Source of the DNA: an uncultured Acidobacteriota bacterium
GTDB lineage: Bacteria; Actinomycetota; Acidimicrobiia; Spongiisociales; ZC4RG35
Direction: 5' to 3'
Assembly (NCBI GenBank): GCA_963734115.1
Contig: CAVTFV010000008.1
Coordinates: forward strand, 211,581-275,580
DNA: 64,000 nucleotides
Shown: piece after piece, positions 1 to 10,572 of the stretch
Layout of the letters: each line of letters opens with the position of its first letter
How positions within the stretch are numbered: position 1 is the stretch's first letter
The notes under the pieces: generated by a model
What the model saw: the letters and a program-made list of their open reading frames with translations, nothing else
Databases searched by the model: none
What the model was told of the DNA's origin: nothing
Program-made: the position numbers and the translations under genes

Positions 1-480
1 CCTCGATCGGCCCCAAGCCCTCGAGGGCGATGACTGCGGACAGCATGCTGAAAGAGCCGGCGAGCCAGAGCCCGGGGATTATCAAGGCGAACAAGCCCGC
101 GACGACCAGGACGATGGCGACGAGCCCGGCGACGATGAGTGGGATGAACCGCGCCAGGGCCTTGGAGGATGCGTCTCTTGCGCCCACGGGCTCGCCGGCG
201 AGCTCCGACGCCACGATGCGATGCACGGTGAGGTTCAGGAACCCGGTTCCCAGAAGTTGGAAGACGAGCACGATCGACCCCGCCTGCAGAAGTAGCAGGC
301 CCGCTTCGGTGACCTCAGCCTCACCCATCGCCTGAAACGCCGCGGGATCGCTCAGTAGCAGCTGAAGGACGGCGTCGGCCCCGGTCAGCACGAAGGCCGC
401 GATCGTCATAGCCCCGATGACGACGAAAACCCAGAAGGCGGGTGCCAGGATTCGCCTCCACACCCTCCCCAGCATCGTCA
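1..480 (-). CDS. integral membrane protein, N-terminal part only (gene continues beyond the window start)
   Basis: My own translation of the minus strand from the ATG at 480..478 gives an open frame to position 1. The protein is hydrophobic and multi-helix (AFWVFVVIGAMTIAAFVLTG, IPLIVAGLVAIVLVVAGLFALIIPGLWLAG). It is not in the ORF track because it is partial, and the plus-strand ORF 30..335 is its antisense artefact. Confidence 0.45.
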
Positions 481-567
481 TGCCCTCACCGAGGATCTCA
501 CCAAACGGCTTGGGGGCTATCTCCATTGGCCCGGGTACGGTAACCAGCCCTCGACCCGGAGCCTTGC

Positions 568-1411
568 TTGCCCGAGCTGCCAGAAGTGGAGATCACCCGG
601 CGTCATCTGGACGATGCGATGGCGGGGCGCCGACTGGTCAGCGTGCGCACCACTCACCCCCGCACGGCCCGCAACAACGCCGGTGGCCCCAAGGAGATCG
701 ACGAGCGGCTCCAGGGGCGGACGGTTCTCGGAGTCGGCCGAAAGGGGAAGTTCCTCGCCGCCCCACTCGATGACGGGCAGACACTCGTCGCCCACCTGGG
801 AATGTCTGGCCGGTTCTCCGATCGGCGACCCTTCCGAGGCCGAGCCTGCGCACACTCATTTCCGGGCGCGGCTGGATGACGGTCTCGAGGTCCGCTTCAT
901 CGACCCTCGCACGTTCGGTTTCGTGGCCGTCGTCACCAGCGATGAGATCGGGGACTCGGGGTTCGCTCGCATTGGGCCCGACGCCTGGGACACAACACCC
1001 TCCGCGGAGGAACTGACGGAGGCACTCGCCAGGAGATCCGCCCCCGTCAAGGCACTCCTTCTCGACCAGGTCATCGTCTCCGGTCTTGGCAACATCTACG
1101 CCGACGAGGCGCTGCACATGTCCGGGATCCACCCGTTGCGGCCCGGCGGTGATCTGACCGAGGCCGAATTGGGCCGGCTGCTGCAAGCCACCCGCAGCGT
1201 TCTCGGCGATGCCATCGACAACGGTGGGACCAGTCTCGATGACCTGGCATATCTGTTGCCCGATGGCCGGGCGGGGGAGAACCTGGACCGACTCCGCGTG
1301 TATGGCCGAACCGACCTGCCGTGCCCCAACTGTGGCACTCCGATCCAGCGCATCGTCATCAGGGCGAGATCGAGCCATTTCTGCCCTGAGTGTCAGCCGG
1401 AGAGGCCTTGA
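568..1411 (+). CDS. fpg: formamidopyrimidine-DNA glycosylase (Fpg/MutM), reading frame broken by a 1-nt indel near 825-835
   Basis: N-terminus MPELPEVE...LVAHLGMSGRF is in the frame of ORF 568..879. The remainder, ...PAHTHFRARLDDGLEVRFIDPRTFGF...CPNCGTPIQRIVIRARSSHFCPECQ (zinc finger), is in the frame of ORF 614..1411. The length 844 nt is 3n+1. Confidence 0.8.
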
Positions 1412-1701
1412 TCAAAGCGGCTCATGCCTTTGTCTCGGGGCACGTGCAGCAGGTCGGATACCGCCAGAGCTGCCGCCAAATGGCGCGCTCGCTTGGTCTC
1501 GTTGGCTGGGTGAGGAACGTCGCCGACGGCCGTGTCGAGGTCTTTGCCCAGGGTCCGCCTGACGGGGTGGACCGACTCGTGGGGTGGCTTTGGGCCGGCC
1601 CGTCCTCGGCCATGGTGGCGGGCGTGGAATCGGACGCGGTGGCCCCGGACCAGACCTTGCGGGACTTCTTCATCTACCCCAATCCGATGAAGAGCGACTG
1701 A
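1390..1701 (+). CDS. acyP: acylphosphatase
   Basis: 103 aa with the motifs VSGHVQQVGYRQ and GWVRNVADGRVEV typical of acylphosphatase. The GTG start overlaps the fpg 3' end. Confidence 0.7.
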   Translation: MSAGEALIKAAHAFVSGHVQQVGYRQSCRQMARSLGLVGWVRNVADGRVEVFAQGPPDGVDRLVGWLWAGPSSAMVAGVESDAVAPDQTLRDFFIYPNPMKSD

Positions 1702-1755
1702 GCCCTGAGCCGCTGTTAGCCTGCTTCGGGTAATCACAGTCGTGTCATTTGCCAG

Positions 1756-4700
1756 GTGTTTACTGTGTATTTGAAGTCACTGAAGCTCGTCGGTTTCAAG
1801 TCGTTCGCCGACCGGACCCGACTCGAGTTCCGACCCGGGGTGACCGTGGTCGTTGGCCCCAACGGCTCTGGCAAGTCCAACCTGGTCGACGCGCTGTCCT
1901 GGGTGATGGGGACACAATCCACCAAGGCGCTGCGGACCGGGAAGATGGAGGACGTCGTCTTCGCCGGCACAGCCACCCGACCTTCGCTGAACCGGGCGGA
2001 GGCCACTCTGATCATCGACAATGCCGAGCGGAGGCTGCCCCTGGATCTCGACGAGGTGGCGCTCACCCGTCGCCTGTACCGGGACGGCTCGTCCGACTAT
2101 GAGATCAACGGAGTGGGGTGCAGGCTGCTCGATGTGCAGGAGTTGCTCAGTGACTCCGGCGTGGGGCGTCATCAACATGTGATCATCGGGCAGGGTCAGG
2201 TCGACGAGGTGCTGAGCGCCTCACCCGAAGATCATCGCGCCGTGATCGAGGAGGCAGCGGGCATCCTCAAGCACCGTCGCCGCAAGGAGAAAGCCGAACG
2301 CCGTCTCGAACGGACCGACGAGGACGTGCTCCGGCTTCAGGACCTCATCGGCGAGATCGAGCGGCAGTTGAGACCGCTCCGTCGGCAAGCGCGGGCAGCG
2401 GAGCGGTATCAGGGCCTGAAATCCGAAGTGCGCGATCTCACCCTCTATCTCGCAGGGCTGGCCCTGGATTCCTACGAAACCGAGATGGAGACCGGTGGCC
2501 TGACTCTGGCAACTCTGACCGGTCAGATCGAGTCGGACGAGTCGCTGTTGGGCGCGTTGACGGCATCGGTCGAGGCGTTGACGGCTCGGGCATCGTCGGT
2601 CGGGGTCGACCTCGATCGCGACACCGGGGCCGCGGCCCGTCTCGAAACGACGATCGAGCGACTGCGGCGCCTGGGTGCTGTGGCCCAGGAGCGCAGTCGG
2701 GCGGTCAGCGGCAGGCGGCAGGCCGGGATCGAGCGCCGGTCTGACCTTCTGCAGGAGCTCGGTGGGATCGCCGAGGAGCTCAGCGGGGTAATCGCATCCG
2801 AGACCGAGGCGACGGGGAGTGCCGAGGCAATGGAGGCTCGATTCAGGCGGCTGGAAGACGAAGAGCGGGCCATCGCCACCCAAAACGCATTGTCTCCGGA
2901 AGGGGCGCTCGCTGCGGTGCGTGGCGAGCTGTCGGTCCTCCAGGCTGCCGGTGTGCGAGACACCCGCGAGGTCGAGGCGGTCGAGCGCAGGCTCGATGTC
3001 GTGGACTCCCAGCTCGGTGACGAATCGGGTGAGATATCGCGGATCAACGATGAGATCCGTGTCCTCGATGAGGAGGTGTCCGGGCTCCAGGATGGCTATC
3101 AGAAGGCAAACCGACGACGGGAGTCCGATCAGAAGACCTGGTCCGGCGCAGAGGAGGTGATCACCGCGGCAAGACTGACTGTGGCGGCCGCCGATGCCAG
3201 GGTCGACGCCTTGGAAGCAGCTCTGTCCGGCAGCCTCGACATCGAAGCGAGGCGCACTGTGGAGAAGGTGGATGGGGCTCTCGGTGCCCTCGTCTCGCGT
3301 CTCGACATCCCGGCGGGTCTCGAGAAAGCAGTCGACGCGGCGCTGGGCCGGTGGGCCGACGCCGTCGCCTTCCAAAATGTCGATCGGCTGAAGGGCGCGG
3401 TGGAGGTCGTGAAAGCCTCGGGTGGGGGCGGCGTGCCAGTCGTGTCCGCTGTGAACCGCGGGTCGGCGCCGGCGTCCGAGGTAGCTTCGGCATCGGGAGT
3501 CGAGGCGTTGGTCGATCTGCTTGGGCCGCGCGCCGATCTCGGCCTGGGCCGCCACCTCCTCGGCGACGTCCTCCTGGTAGAGGGATGGGCCACCGCGCTC
3601 GCGCTGGTTGCCCGTCATCCCGCTCTGAGGGCGGTGACACCCGAAGGCGACTTGATCTCGATAGACGGCGTCCAGATCGCCCAGCCCGATGGCGCCGGTC
3701 CGGCCATGCTCGAGACCGCCCGGGCGACGGCCGAGCAGGCGAAGACCGATCTTTCCCGGGCATCGTCTATCCACACTGCCGCCAAGCGTGATTTCGAGAA
3801 GAGCCGTGACCTGGAGCGGGCAGCGCTGGAGAAGCTCGAGTCGGCCGAGACAACGCTGGCTGGACGCGCCGAGGCGATGGGCCGGCTCCAGAAGTCGGTC
3901 GATGCTCTCGAAGGAGAACGAGCACGTCTCAAGGAGCGCCTTGGCTCGATCGAGGAGGGTGTGGCCGGCAGAGAGGGTCAAATTGCGGACCTGGCCGGGC
4001 GTCTCCAGGCCCTCGAAGGGGAAGAAGCCAGCCGGATGCGGGTCTGGGAGGAGTTGGAGAGCCGACGCATCCAGATCGCCGCCGATCGGGAGATCGCCCG
4101 ATCCGACTGGCAGGAAGCAACCTCCGCACTGGGAGTCGTATCCGAGCGTCGTCGGCTCCTCGAGGAGCGTGTTTCGAGGATCGAGGCGGACCTGGCTCGG
4201 GTCGATGGCGACGACCCGGCCCCTATCGCGGTCGAGCGGCTGGATGTGGTCGACAGATATGCTCGCCGCGCCGTCGACATCCTCCAAGGCAGGCTTGCAA
4301 TCTTGCGGGAGCGTCAGGCCGGTCTCCGCGCCGAGAACGAGGGCACCGTCGCGGAGCTGTCCCGGGCACACGCCGACATGGACGAGAGACGAAACGCGGT
4401 GGCCGCGTCACGTGAGACGGTTGCTGCTCTCCAGGTGCGTTTGACCGAGTTGCGTCTCATGAAGGAGAACGTCATCGAGAGCGTCCGTCGTGACGCCGAT
4501 GCCGATGCCGAGGCGGCTCGCGGCGCGCCCCGCCCGCCGTATCCAGACGACGCCGATCTACCCGCGGTTCTCGAGGAGCGATCGGCTCAGCTTCGTCGGT
4601 TGGGCCCGATCAACCCACTGGCGGCCGACGAGTTCACCGAGCTTGACGAGCGACACACCTTCCTGGTCGACCAGCTCGGCGATGTCGAATCGTCACGCTC

Positions 4701-5214
4701 GGAGCTTCGGAAGGTGATCAGGGCGCTGGAGGATGAGATCGAGCTCCGATTCCGGGAGGCATTCGCCGAGGTGGCCGAGGCATATCAGCGCTACTTCACG
4801 GTGCTCTTCCCGGGCGGGAGGGGGCGCATCCGGCTCGCCGAACCCGACGACCCGCATTCGGGGTTGATGATCGAGGCGCAACCACTGGGCAAGAAAGTCA
4901 GCCAGCTCACCCTGCTCTCGGGTGGGGAACGGAGTCTTGCGGCTCTCGCCTTTCTCTTCTCCATATTCGAGGCCAGACCGAGCCCGTTCTACGTGCTCGA
5001 CGAGGTCGAGGCCGCCCTCGACGATGCCAATCTGCGGCGCTTCCTCCGCATCGTCGACGAATTCCGTCAGAGGGCGCAATTGCTGATCGTGACCCATCAA
5101 CAGCAAACGATGGAGGCAGCCGATGTGCTGTACGGGGTCACGATGGAGCCGGGTGGGTCATCCCAGGTGGTCCGAAAAGACATGACCTCGGTCGGTGTCG
5201 ATCTCGCCGTCTAA
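1756..5214 (+). CDS. smc: chromosome segregation protein SMC
   Basis: 1152 aa. Walker A GPNGSGKSN at the N-terminus, long coiled-coil middle, and C-terminal LSGGERSLAALAFLFSIF...YVLDEVEAALD signature and Walker B. Confidence 0.95.
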   Translation: MFTVYLKSLKLVGFKSFADRTRLEFRPGVTVVVGPNGSGKSNLVDALSWVMGTQSTKALRTGKMEDVVFAGTATRPSLNRAEATLIIDNAERRLPLDLDEVALTRRLYRDGSSDYEINGVGCRLLDVQELLSDSGVGRHQHVIIGQGQVDEVLSASPEDHRAVIEEAAGILKHRRRKEKAERRLERTDEDVLRLQDLIGEIERQLRPLRRQARAAERYQGLKSEVRDLTLYLAGLALDSYETEMETGGLTLATLTGQIESDESLLGALTASVEALTARASSVGVDLDRDTGAAARLETTIERLRRLGAVAQERSRAVSGRRQAGIERRSDLLQELGGIAEELSGVIASETEATGSAEAMEARFRRLEDEERAIATQNALSPEGALAAVRGELSVLQAAGVRDTREVEAVERRLDVVDSQLGDESGEISRINDEIRVLDEEVSGLQDGYQKANRRRESDQKTWSGAEEVITAARLTVAAADARVDALEAALSGSLDIEARRTVEKVDGALGALVSRLDIPAGLEKAVDAALGRWADAVAFQNVDRLKGAVEVVKASGGGGVPVVSAVNRGSAPASEVASASGVEALVDLLGPRADLGLGRHLLGDVLLVEGWATALALVARHPALRAVTPEGDLISIDGVQIAQPDGAGPAMLETARATAEQAKTDLSRASSIHTAAKRDFEKSRDLERAALEKLESAETTLAGRAEAMGRLQKSVDALEGERARLKERLGSIEEGVAGREGQIADLAGRLQALEGEEASRMRVWEELESRRIQIAADREIARSDWQEATSALGVVSERRRLLEERVSRIEADLARVDGDDPAPIAVERLDVVDRYARRAVDILQGRLAILRERQAGLRAENEGTVAELSRAHADMDERRNAVAASRETVAALQVRLTELRLMKENVIESVRRDADADAEAARGAPRPPYPDDADLPAVLEERSAQLRRLGPINPLAADEFTELDERHTFLVDQLGDVESSRSELRKVIRALEDEIELRFREAFAEVAEAYQRYFTVLFPGGRGRIRLAEPDDPHSGLMIEAQPLGKKVSQLTLLSGGERSLAALAFLFSIFEARPSPFYVLDEVEAALDDANLRRFLRIVDEFRQRAQLLIVTHQQQTMEAADVLYGVTMEPGGSSQVVRKDMTSVGVDLAV

Positions 5215-5230
5215 TTAGCTTGGCGTAGCA

Positions 5231-6229
5231 ATGGGAACGAGCGAATGGGCCCTGATCCTCGTCATCGTCGCGCTCGTCGTCGTGATCGCGATCGTCCTGG
5301 TGGTCCGTCGCCGGCGTCGGTCCGATCGTCAACTGCCGGCAGTGGAGGCGAAACGGCCTTCCCGAATCGGGCGGAGTGCTACTGCCCTTGGATCTTCGCT
5401 GCGGAAGGCTTGGGGCACCGGTCTGGATGACCACACTTGGCTGGAGCTCGAGGAGGCGCTCCTCGCCGCCGACGTCGGGCTCGAGGCTACGACCTCTGTG
5501 GTGGCCGGGGTCAGGTCGGCCGCCCCCGAAACGCCGGAAGAGGCACGTCAGGTGCTGGCGACGAAGTTGAGGGCGGAGCTCGGCAACAAGGACCGCGAGC
5601 TGCATCTGGCCGGTGCTCCGGCGGTGATCCTCGTGGTGGGTGTCAACGGGACCGGGAAGACGACCACCATCGCCAAGCTGGCCGCCCGACTCCAGAGCGA
5701 AGGCAGCGGAGTCGTTATCGCCGCTGGAGACACATTCCGGGCCGCCGCCGGCGCCCAACTGGAGACGTGGGGGGATCGGCTCGGGGTGAAGGTGATCTCG
5801 GGGCAGGAGGGGGGGGACCCGGCCTCTGTGGCGTTCGACGCCATCGGGTCGGCGCGTGCCCGTGGTGACGACGTCGTGATCATCGACACCGCCGGCCGCC
5901 TTCACGCCAAGAAGAACCTCATGGCCGAGTTGGGGAAGATCCATCGCGTGGCCGCTGGGGACCGTGACGGGGTCGATGAGGTTCTGCTGGTGCTCGATGC
6001 AACCGGCGGCCAGAACGGGGTCACCCAGGTGCGCGAGTTCTCCGCCGCGGTCCCGATCAGTGGCATCGTGCTAACCAAGCTCGACGGGACGGCCAAAGGA
6101 GGCATCGTCGTCGCGATCGAGCGTCAACTCGGTGTCCCGATTAAGTTCGTCGGGCTGGGTGAGGGGATCGACGATCTCGTGCCCTTCGACCCGGACTCAT
6201 TCGTCGCCGATCTCCTGGAGCAGTCGTGA
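5231..6229 (+). CDS. ftsY: signal recognition particle receptor FtsY
   Basis: N-terminal TM helix plus R-rich region, then the SRP GTPase domain ([27 protein letters not shown]). It sits immediately downstream of smc, as in other actinobacteria. Confidence 0.95.
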   Translation: MGTSEWALILVIVALVVVIAIVLVVRRRRRSDRQLPAVEAKRPSRIGRSATALGSSLRKAWGTGLDDHTWLELEEALLAADVGLEATTSVVAGVRSAAPETPEEARQVLATKLRAELGNKDRELHLAGAPAVILVVGVNGTGKTTTIAKLAARLQSEGSGVVIAAGDTFRAAAGAQLETWGDRLGVKVISGQEGGDPASVAFDAIGSARARGDDVVIIDTAGRLHAKKNLMAELGKIHRVAAGDRDGVDEVLLVLDATGGQNGVTQVREFSAAVPISGIVLTKLDGTAKGGIVVAIERQLGVPIKFVGLGEGIDDLVPFDPDSFVADLLEQS

Positions 6230-6615
6230 ATCGAGATGAACTAGTGGCTGCAGCTCGCGCCGCTGCCGAGAATGCGTACTCGCCGTATTCGCACTTTCGA
6301 GTCGGTGCGGTGGTCGTCGCGCCAGATGGAGGGACCTTCACCGGGGCCAACATCGAGAACGCGGCATATCCATCCTCCAATTGCGCCGAGGCCACCGCCA
6401 TCCACACCGCAGTCGCTGCCGGGATTCGCAAGATCGACACCCTTGCCGTCTCCTGCATCGATGCAACCGACGTGCGGGGGGCATACCCTTGCGGACGCTG
6501 TCGTCAGATAATGGCCGAGTTCGGGGTTGACACGGTCGTCGTGGCGGCGGGTGAGGGATCCGAGGTACGGGAGCACACCCTCGACGAGCTTCTGCCCTAT
6601 CGCTTTAGCCTCTGA
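6226..6615 (+). CDS. cdd: cytidine deaminase
   Basis: 129 aa with YSPYSHFRVGA and CAEATAI...PCGRCRQ zinc-binding motifs. The GTG start overlaps the ftsY stop (GTGA). Confidence 0.85.
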   Translation: MNRDELVAAARAAAENAYSPYSHFRVGAVVVAPDGGTFTGANIENAAYPSSNCAEATAIHTAVAAGIRKIDTLAVSCIDATDVRGAYPCGRCRQIMAEFGVDTVVVAAGEGSEVREHTLDELLPYRFSL

Positions 6616-6617
6616 GA

Positions 6618-7040
6618 TCAGGCAGCGGGCCAGCCCTCGCGATTCTCCTTGCGGACAACGAACCGGAGACCCGACCAGGTCTCGTCGACTGCTACCACCT
6701 TGTTGTCCACCATTCCCGTCGGAAGGAATAGGTCCCGCAGCGTCTGCTCGGTCAGGTCGGTGTCCACGCCCGAGCTCTTCTTGGGCCAGAACACCCAGAT
6801 CGCCCCGTCCGCCGGCAGAGCGGTGATCGCAGTCTGAAACCCGCGTTCGGCCTCATCCGAGCGCTCGGCGAACACGATGAAGACTTCCGCCGGGAAGTCA
6901 CCGCGGTGGACCTGGACATCGGCGGGAAGATCGCCCAGGTCGAGGTCGTAGTAGTTGGGCATGTTGAGGATGCCCACCGTCATCCCCTCTTTGATGCCCA
7001 GCTTCTGGACGAGCGGTGTTCCGCTATATCCCGCCATCAT
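6618..7040 (-). CDS. DUF3052-family conserved actinobacterial protein
   Basis: I placed the start at the internal ATG, giving MAGYSGTPLVQKLGIKEG, the typical family N-terminus. This ATG overlaps the stop of the upstream pirin gene in an ATGA arrangement. Confidence 0.55.
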   Translation of the reverse strand: MMAGYSGTPLVQKLGIKEGMTVGILNMPNYYDLDLGDLPADVQVHRGDFPAEVFIVFAERSDEAERGFQTAITALPADGAIWVFWPKKSSGVDTDLTEQTLRDLFLPTGMVDNKVVAVDETWSGLRFVVRKENREGWPAA

Positions 7041-8059
7041 CCCGCCGGGATCATGTCCCGATGCTCCACCCTTCCGTCGGCATGAATGGCGAACCGCCCT
7101 TCTCTTCGCGGATGGACCGGATCGCGGCGCGACCACGGCCAGCCGCCGAACTGGGTGCGGTGGTAGTCGTCGACAGCCTGCCGCAGCTCCTCGGCCGAGT
7201 TCATGACGAAGGGGCCCAATTGGAAGACGGGAGCGCCGATCGGCTGACCTTGGAGAAGGAGGAAGGCGGCCGGCTCACCGTGGTTCTCGATGATGGTTGA
7301 TATCTCAGGTCGAAGCCTGACCCCGACCTTCTGGCCGAAGCGATCGGCGCCGATGCGCACATCGTCTCCCTGGACGCAGTGGAGCATCCGATTCACCCCG
7401 ACGGGTGCGAGTGGCATCTCCCAGCGGGCGCCGGGCTCGAGGGTGATGTGCCAGATGGCGAGATGTGAGTCGCTCTGCGACCCCCACGAGTCAGGCGGGG
7501 GAGAGGGTGGACGATTGGACCCGATGGTGCCGGCCATGACCTCGACCTCGACACCTGGGGACGGGGAGATCCTCGGGATGTCCTCGCCCCAGAGCATCCC
7601 GAAATACGCCGGGACCATCTTCGACTCGGGCGGAAGGTTCAACCAGATCTGGAACAGCTCCATCGGGTTGGGCCCGTCGGGGTCGAGGAGGGGAAACATC
7701 TCGGCGTGCATGATCCCGCTCCCGGTGGTGAGCCATTGCACGTCACCCTGGCCGTACCGGGCGGTGGCGCCGAGGGAATCGGAGTGGTCGACATATCCAC
7801 GGCGGACCACGGTGACGGTCTCGAACCCACGATGAGGGTGCTGGGGGAATCCGGGCACCACGTCCCCGTGATACATGCTCCAACCGTCGAGATAGGAGAA
7901 GTCGACTCCGATGTCACGCCCGCCGAGCGAAGCGGCCGGGCCGAGGTCGTCGTTTCCTTCCGGGTAGGCATCGAAGTGGTGGACAGTGAAGATGAACGGG
8001 TCGAGACCGGGCCAGGGGAATCCCAGTTCAACGAGTTCGATGACAGATTGTGTCGTGAT
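7037..8059 (-). CDS. pirin-family cupin protein; probable non-AUG (ATC) start
   Basis: HPHRGFETVT...GSGIMHAEM pirin motifs. The conserved N-terminal LDPFIF...HF segment extends 61 codons upstream of the first ATG (7876). An in-frame TAG lies 5 codons upstream of an ATC codon (8059..8057). That ATC is preceded by AAGGAG with 5-nt spacing. Confidence 0.75.
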   Translation of the reverse strand: MTTQSVIELVELGFPWPGLDPFIFTVHHFDAYPEGNDDLGPAASLGGRDIGVDFSYLDGWSMYHGDVVPGFPQHPHRGFETVTVVRRGYVDHSDSLGATARYGQGDVQWLTTGSGIMHAEMFPLLDPDGPNPMELFQIWLNLPPESKMVPAYFGMLWGEDIPRISPSPGVEVEVMAGTIGSNRPPSPPPDSWGSQSDSHLAIWHITLEPGARWEMPLAPVGVNRMLHCVQGDDVRIGADRFGQKVGVRLRPEISTIIENHGEPAAFLLLQGQPIGAPVFQLGPFVMNSAEELRQAVDDYHRTQFGGWPWSRRDPVHPRREGRFAIHADGRVEHRDMIPAG

Positions 8060-8096
8060 GGCGCTCCTTGCCTATTGGGGGAATGCCCAGCGAATG

Positions 8097-8720
8097 TTAT
8101 CGGGGTGGTCGGGTCATCAACCAATAGGTCGGCCCGCCCGGCATCAATTCGATTCCCTGTTGGTCGATCTCGAAACCGGCCCGAAGATAGAAGGGCACCG
8201 CTTTCTCATTCGAGGTCTCCAGATAACACGGGATGCGATCGCGGTCGGCGAGGCCAAGCGCCGGCTCGAGGAGACGGCCCCCAACTCCGAGTCCTTGCGC
8301 TTCGGGGCTGACCCCGATCACCTGGAGGTACCAGACAGACGTTTCAGGAAAATGGGAGTCGATGTTGGATCCGAACTTGATCAGGTCACGGAGCGATCTC
8401 GGTGCATGTCGGAGGACTGAGAACATGGCCGGCAAAGCTCGGAGGTTCCGAACCATCGACCACGGGTAGCGACCCGGCGCCTGCCAGGCAGCGACGCCGA
8501 GCAGGATGGCCCCATCGGTCGCCATCCAACAGTTGCCTTCCGCCTGGCTGTCGCGTACCGGGGCGCGCATGAAGCCGCGCAGAGCGTCCCTGCGTGCGTA
8601 GGGGTCCGGGAACATGTGGGTGTAGTCGGGTGTCGTCTCGAAGCTGCGGGCGAGGAGCTCGGCTGCCTGATCGATCCCGTCTGGCCGGAGCTTTTCGATC
8701 CGGACCGTGTTTCGCTGCAT
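8097..8720 (-). CDS. GNAT-family N-acetyltransferase
   Basis: 207 aa with an acetyl-CoA binding region ([19 protein letters not shown]). Confidence 0.75.
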   Translation of the reverse strand: MQRNTVRIEKLRPDGIDQAAELLARSFETTPDYTHMFPDPYARRDALRGFMRAPVRDSQAEGNCWMATDGAILLGVAAWQAPGRYPWSMVRNLRALPAMFSVLRHAPRSLRDLIKFGSNIDSHFPETSVWYLQVIGVSPEAQGLGVGGRLLEPALGLADRDRIPCYLETSNEKAVPFYLRAGFEIDQQGIELMPGGPTYWLMTRPPR

Positions 8721-8763
8721 CCCTCAGGTGCTACCCGGACGGGAAGAAGCTCAAACGGTGCGA

Positions 8764-9711
8764 CTATCTGCCCTCCAGCGCCTCGATGAGCTTGGGAAGC
8801 ACTTTGTGCACATCACCCACGACACCGAGGTCGGCGATGGAGAAGATCGGGGCATCTGCGTCCTTGTTGATGGCGATGATGGTCTTGGAGTCCTTCATCC
8901 CGACCAGGTGCTGCATTGCTCCTGAGATCCCACAGGCGATGTAGACGTCGGGTTTGACCGTCTTTCCGGTCTGTCCCACCTGCTTGGCGTAGGGGACCCA
9001 CCCGGCGTCGACGATGGCGCGGGTTGCCCCGGTGGCTGCCTTCAGCTGCTTGCCCAGCTTCTCCACCAGCTCATAGGCCTCCGGCGAGCCGAGCCCACGA
9101 CCTCCGGAGACAATGATCGAGGCGTCACCGAGCTGGGGGCCCTCCCTCTCTTCGACGTGAGACTCGGCGATCTTCGCCTCCGCCGCCCCGGCCTCGGGCA
9201 GCTCCAGCTTCTCGACCTGTGGGGCTCCGCCGCCAATAGCCTCGGCGACGAACGACTTGGGCCGGGCCAGCACGATGTATGGCCCCTGGGATGCACTGGC
9301 AGTGGCGATCTGCGTCCCGCCGAGGATCTCGTGGTCGGTCTCGACCCCTCCACCATTCAGCCGGACGTCGCTGGCATTGGAGAGAACGCCCACCCCAAGC
9401 CTGGCGGCAAGACGCCCGGCGATATCTCGGTCGTTGTACGCCTGGCCGAGGAGGATCAGGTCAGGGGAGTTGGCCGCCACTCGTTCAGCCAGGGCAGCCG
9501 CCACCGGGGCAGCGGGCAATCGATCGCCGCTGTCCACGTGCAGGACCGTCTTCGCTCCGTGGTCGCCGAGCGTCGAGAAGATGGCATCCGAACCGGAGCC
9601 GAGGAAGATGGCGGTGACGTCTCCGAGCTCGCCGGCCTTTGCCAACAGCTCCAGTCCCAATGCCGTGGGCTTCTCGTCTTCCTGCTCGATAAAGACCCAT
9701 ACCGAGGCCAC
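8764..9711 (-). CDS. etfA: electron transfer flavoprotein alpha subunit
   Basis: 315 aa with a C-terminal FAD-binding region ([19 protein letters not shown]). Confidence 0.9.
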   Translation of the reverse strand: MASVWVFIEQEDEKPTALGLELLAKAGELGDVTAIFLGSGSDAIFSTLGDHGAKTVLHVDSGDRLPAAPVAAALAERVAANSPDLILLGQAYNDRDIAGRLAARLGVGVLSNASDVRLNGGGVETDHEILGGTQIATASASQGPYIVLARPKSFVAEAIGGGAPQVEKLELPEAGAAEAKIAESHVEEREGPQLGDASIIVSGGRGLGSPEAYELVEKLGKQLKAATGATRAIVDAGWVPYAKQVGQTGKTVKPDVYIACGISGAMQHLVGMKDSKTIIAINKDADAPIFSIADLGVVGDVHKVLPKLIEALEGR

Positions 9712-10470
9712 TCAGATCACCTTCCTCTCGGAGAGGAGGGTGACGATCGCCTGATGCGCCTCCCCGTCGTCCTCGATCTTTTGCCCGCCTGTGCGCTCTG
9801 GGGCGTCGACGATAGAGAGGACGAGTTGCTCCGGGGCGCGCTTCGCTCCGAGATCTCCCATCGAGAGTGTCTCGATGGGCTTCTTCTTGGCGTCCATGAT
9901 CCCTTTGAACGTCGGGTAACGAGGCTCGACGACGCCGGCCGTGACGGACACGACAGCGGGGAGGTCCGCGGTCACGACGTCGTATCCGGCCACAGTCTGG
10001 CGGTGGATTGTCACCGTGCCGTCACCGGTCTCGACTTGGGTCGCGTAGGTGAGTGCCGGCACTCCGAGGATCTCGGCCAGCATCTGGGGCACGACGCCGG
10101 AGTAGCCATCGGTGGACTCAGTGCCGGCAATGACCAGATCGAATTCATTGCGGCCGATCGCCGCTGCCAACACCCTCGCTGTCGTCAGGGCGTCCGACCC
10201 TCTGAGGGATCCGTCTTCGATGAGGATCGCATCGTCTGCTCCCATCGCCAGCGCCTGCCGGATTCCCTGCCCGGTGCCGGACGGGCCCATGCTCACGACG
10301 GTCACGGTCCCGTCGGTGGCCTGGGCGATCTGCAGACCCATCTCCACTCCGTACCGGTCAGTGTCATCGAGGATCTGCTCCTCGGGACGGATCAACCAGT
10401 TGCTGCCCTCCTCGAGACGATAGGGGGTAGCCGGGTCGGGGATTTGCTTTACGCAGACCATGACTTTCAT
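9712..10470 (-). CDS. etfB: electron transfer flavoprotein beta subunit
   Basis: 252 aa beginning MKVMVCVKQIPD. It lies directly upstream of etfA with 1-nt spacing. Confidence 0.9.
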   Translation of the reverse strand: MKVMVCVKQIPDPATPYRLEEGSNWLIRPEEQILDDTDRYGVEMGLQIAQATDGTVTVVSMGPSGTGQGIRQALAMGADDAILIEDGSLRGSDALTTARVLAAAIGRNEFDLVIAGTESTDGYSGVVPQMLAEILGVPALTYATQVETGDGTVTIHRQTVAGYDVVTADLPAVVSVTAGVVEPRYPTFKGIMDAKKKPIETLSMGDLGAKRAPEQLVLSIVDAPERTGGQKIEDDGEAHQAIVTLLSERKVI

Positions 10471-10572
10471 CCGCGGACCTTCATCTCCATGTCTTGGTGG
10501 TCAGATGCCGGGCGATGGTAACGAGCAGTCACCGCTCGGCTAATTGGACCGACCGTGGCCCCGCTCGTGTGA

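Noticed and set aside
30-335. 101-aa plus-strand ORF at the window start
   Set aside because: The opposite strand encodes a convincing multi-helix membrane protein from the ATG at 480 to the window edge. The plus ORF is its shadow.
2221-4371. 716-aa minus-strand ORF
   Set aside because: Antisense to smc over its whole length. Low-complexity junk typical of the reverse strand of a high-GC gene.
9157-10521. 454-aa plus-strand ORF
   Set aside because: Antisense to etfA/etfB, which have unambiguous homology.
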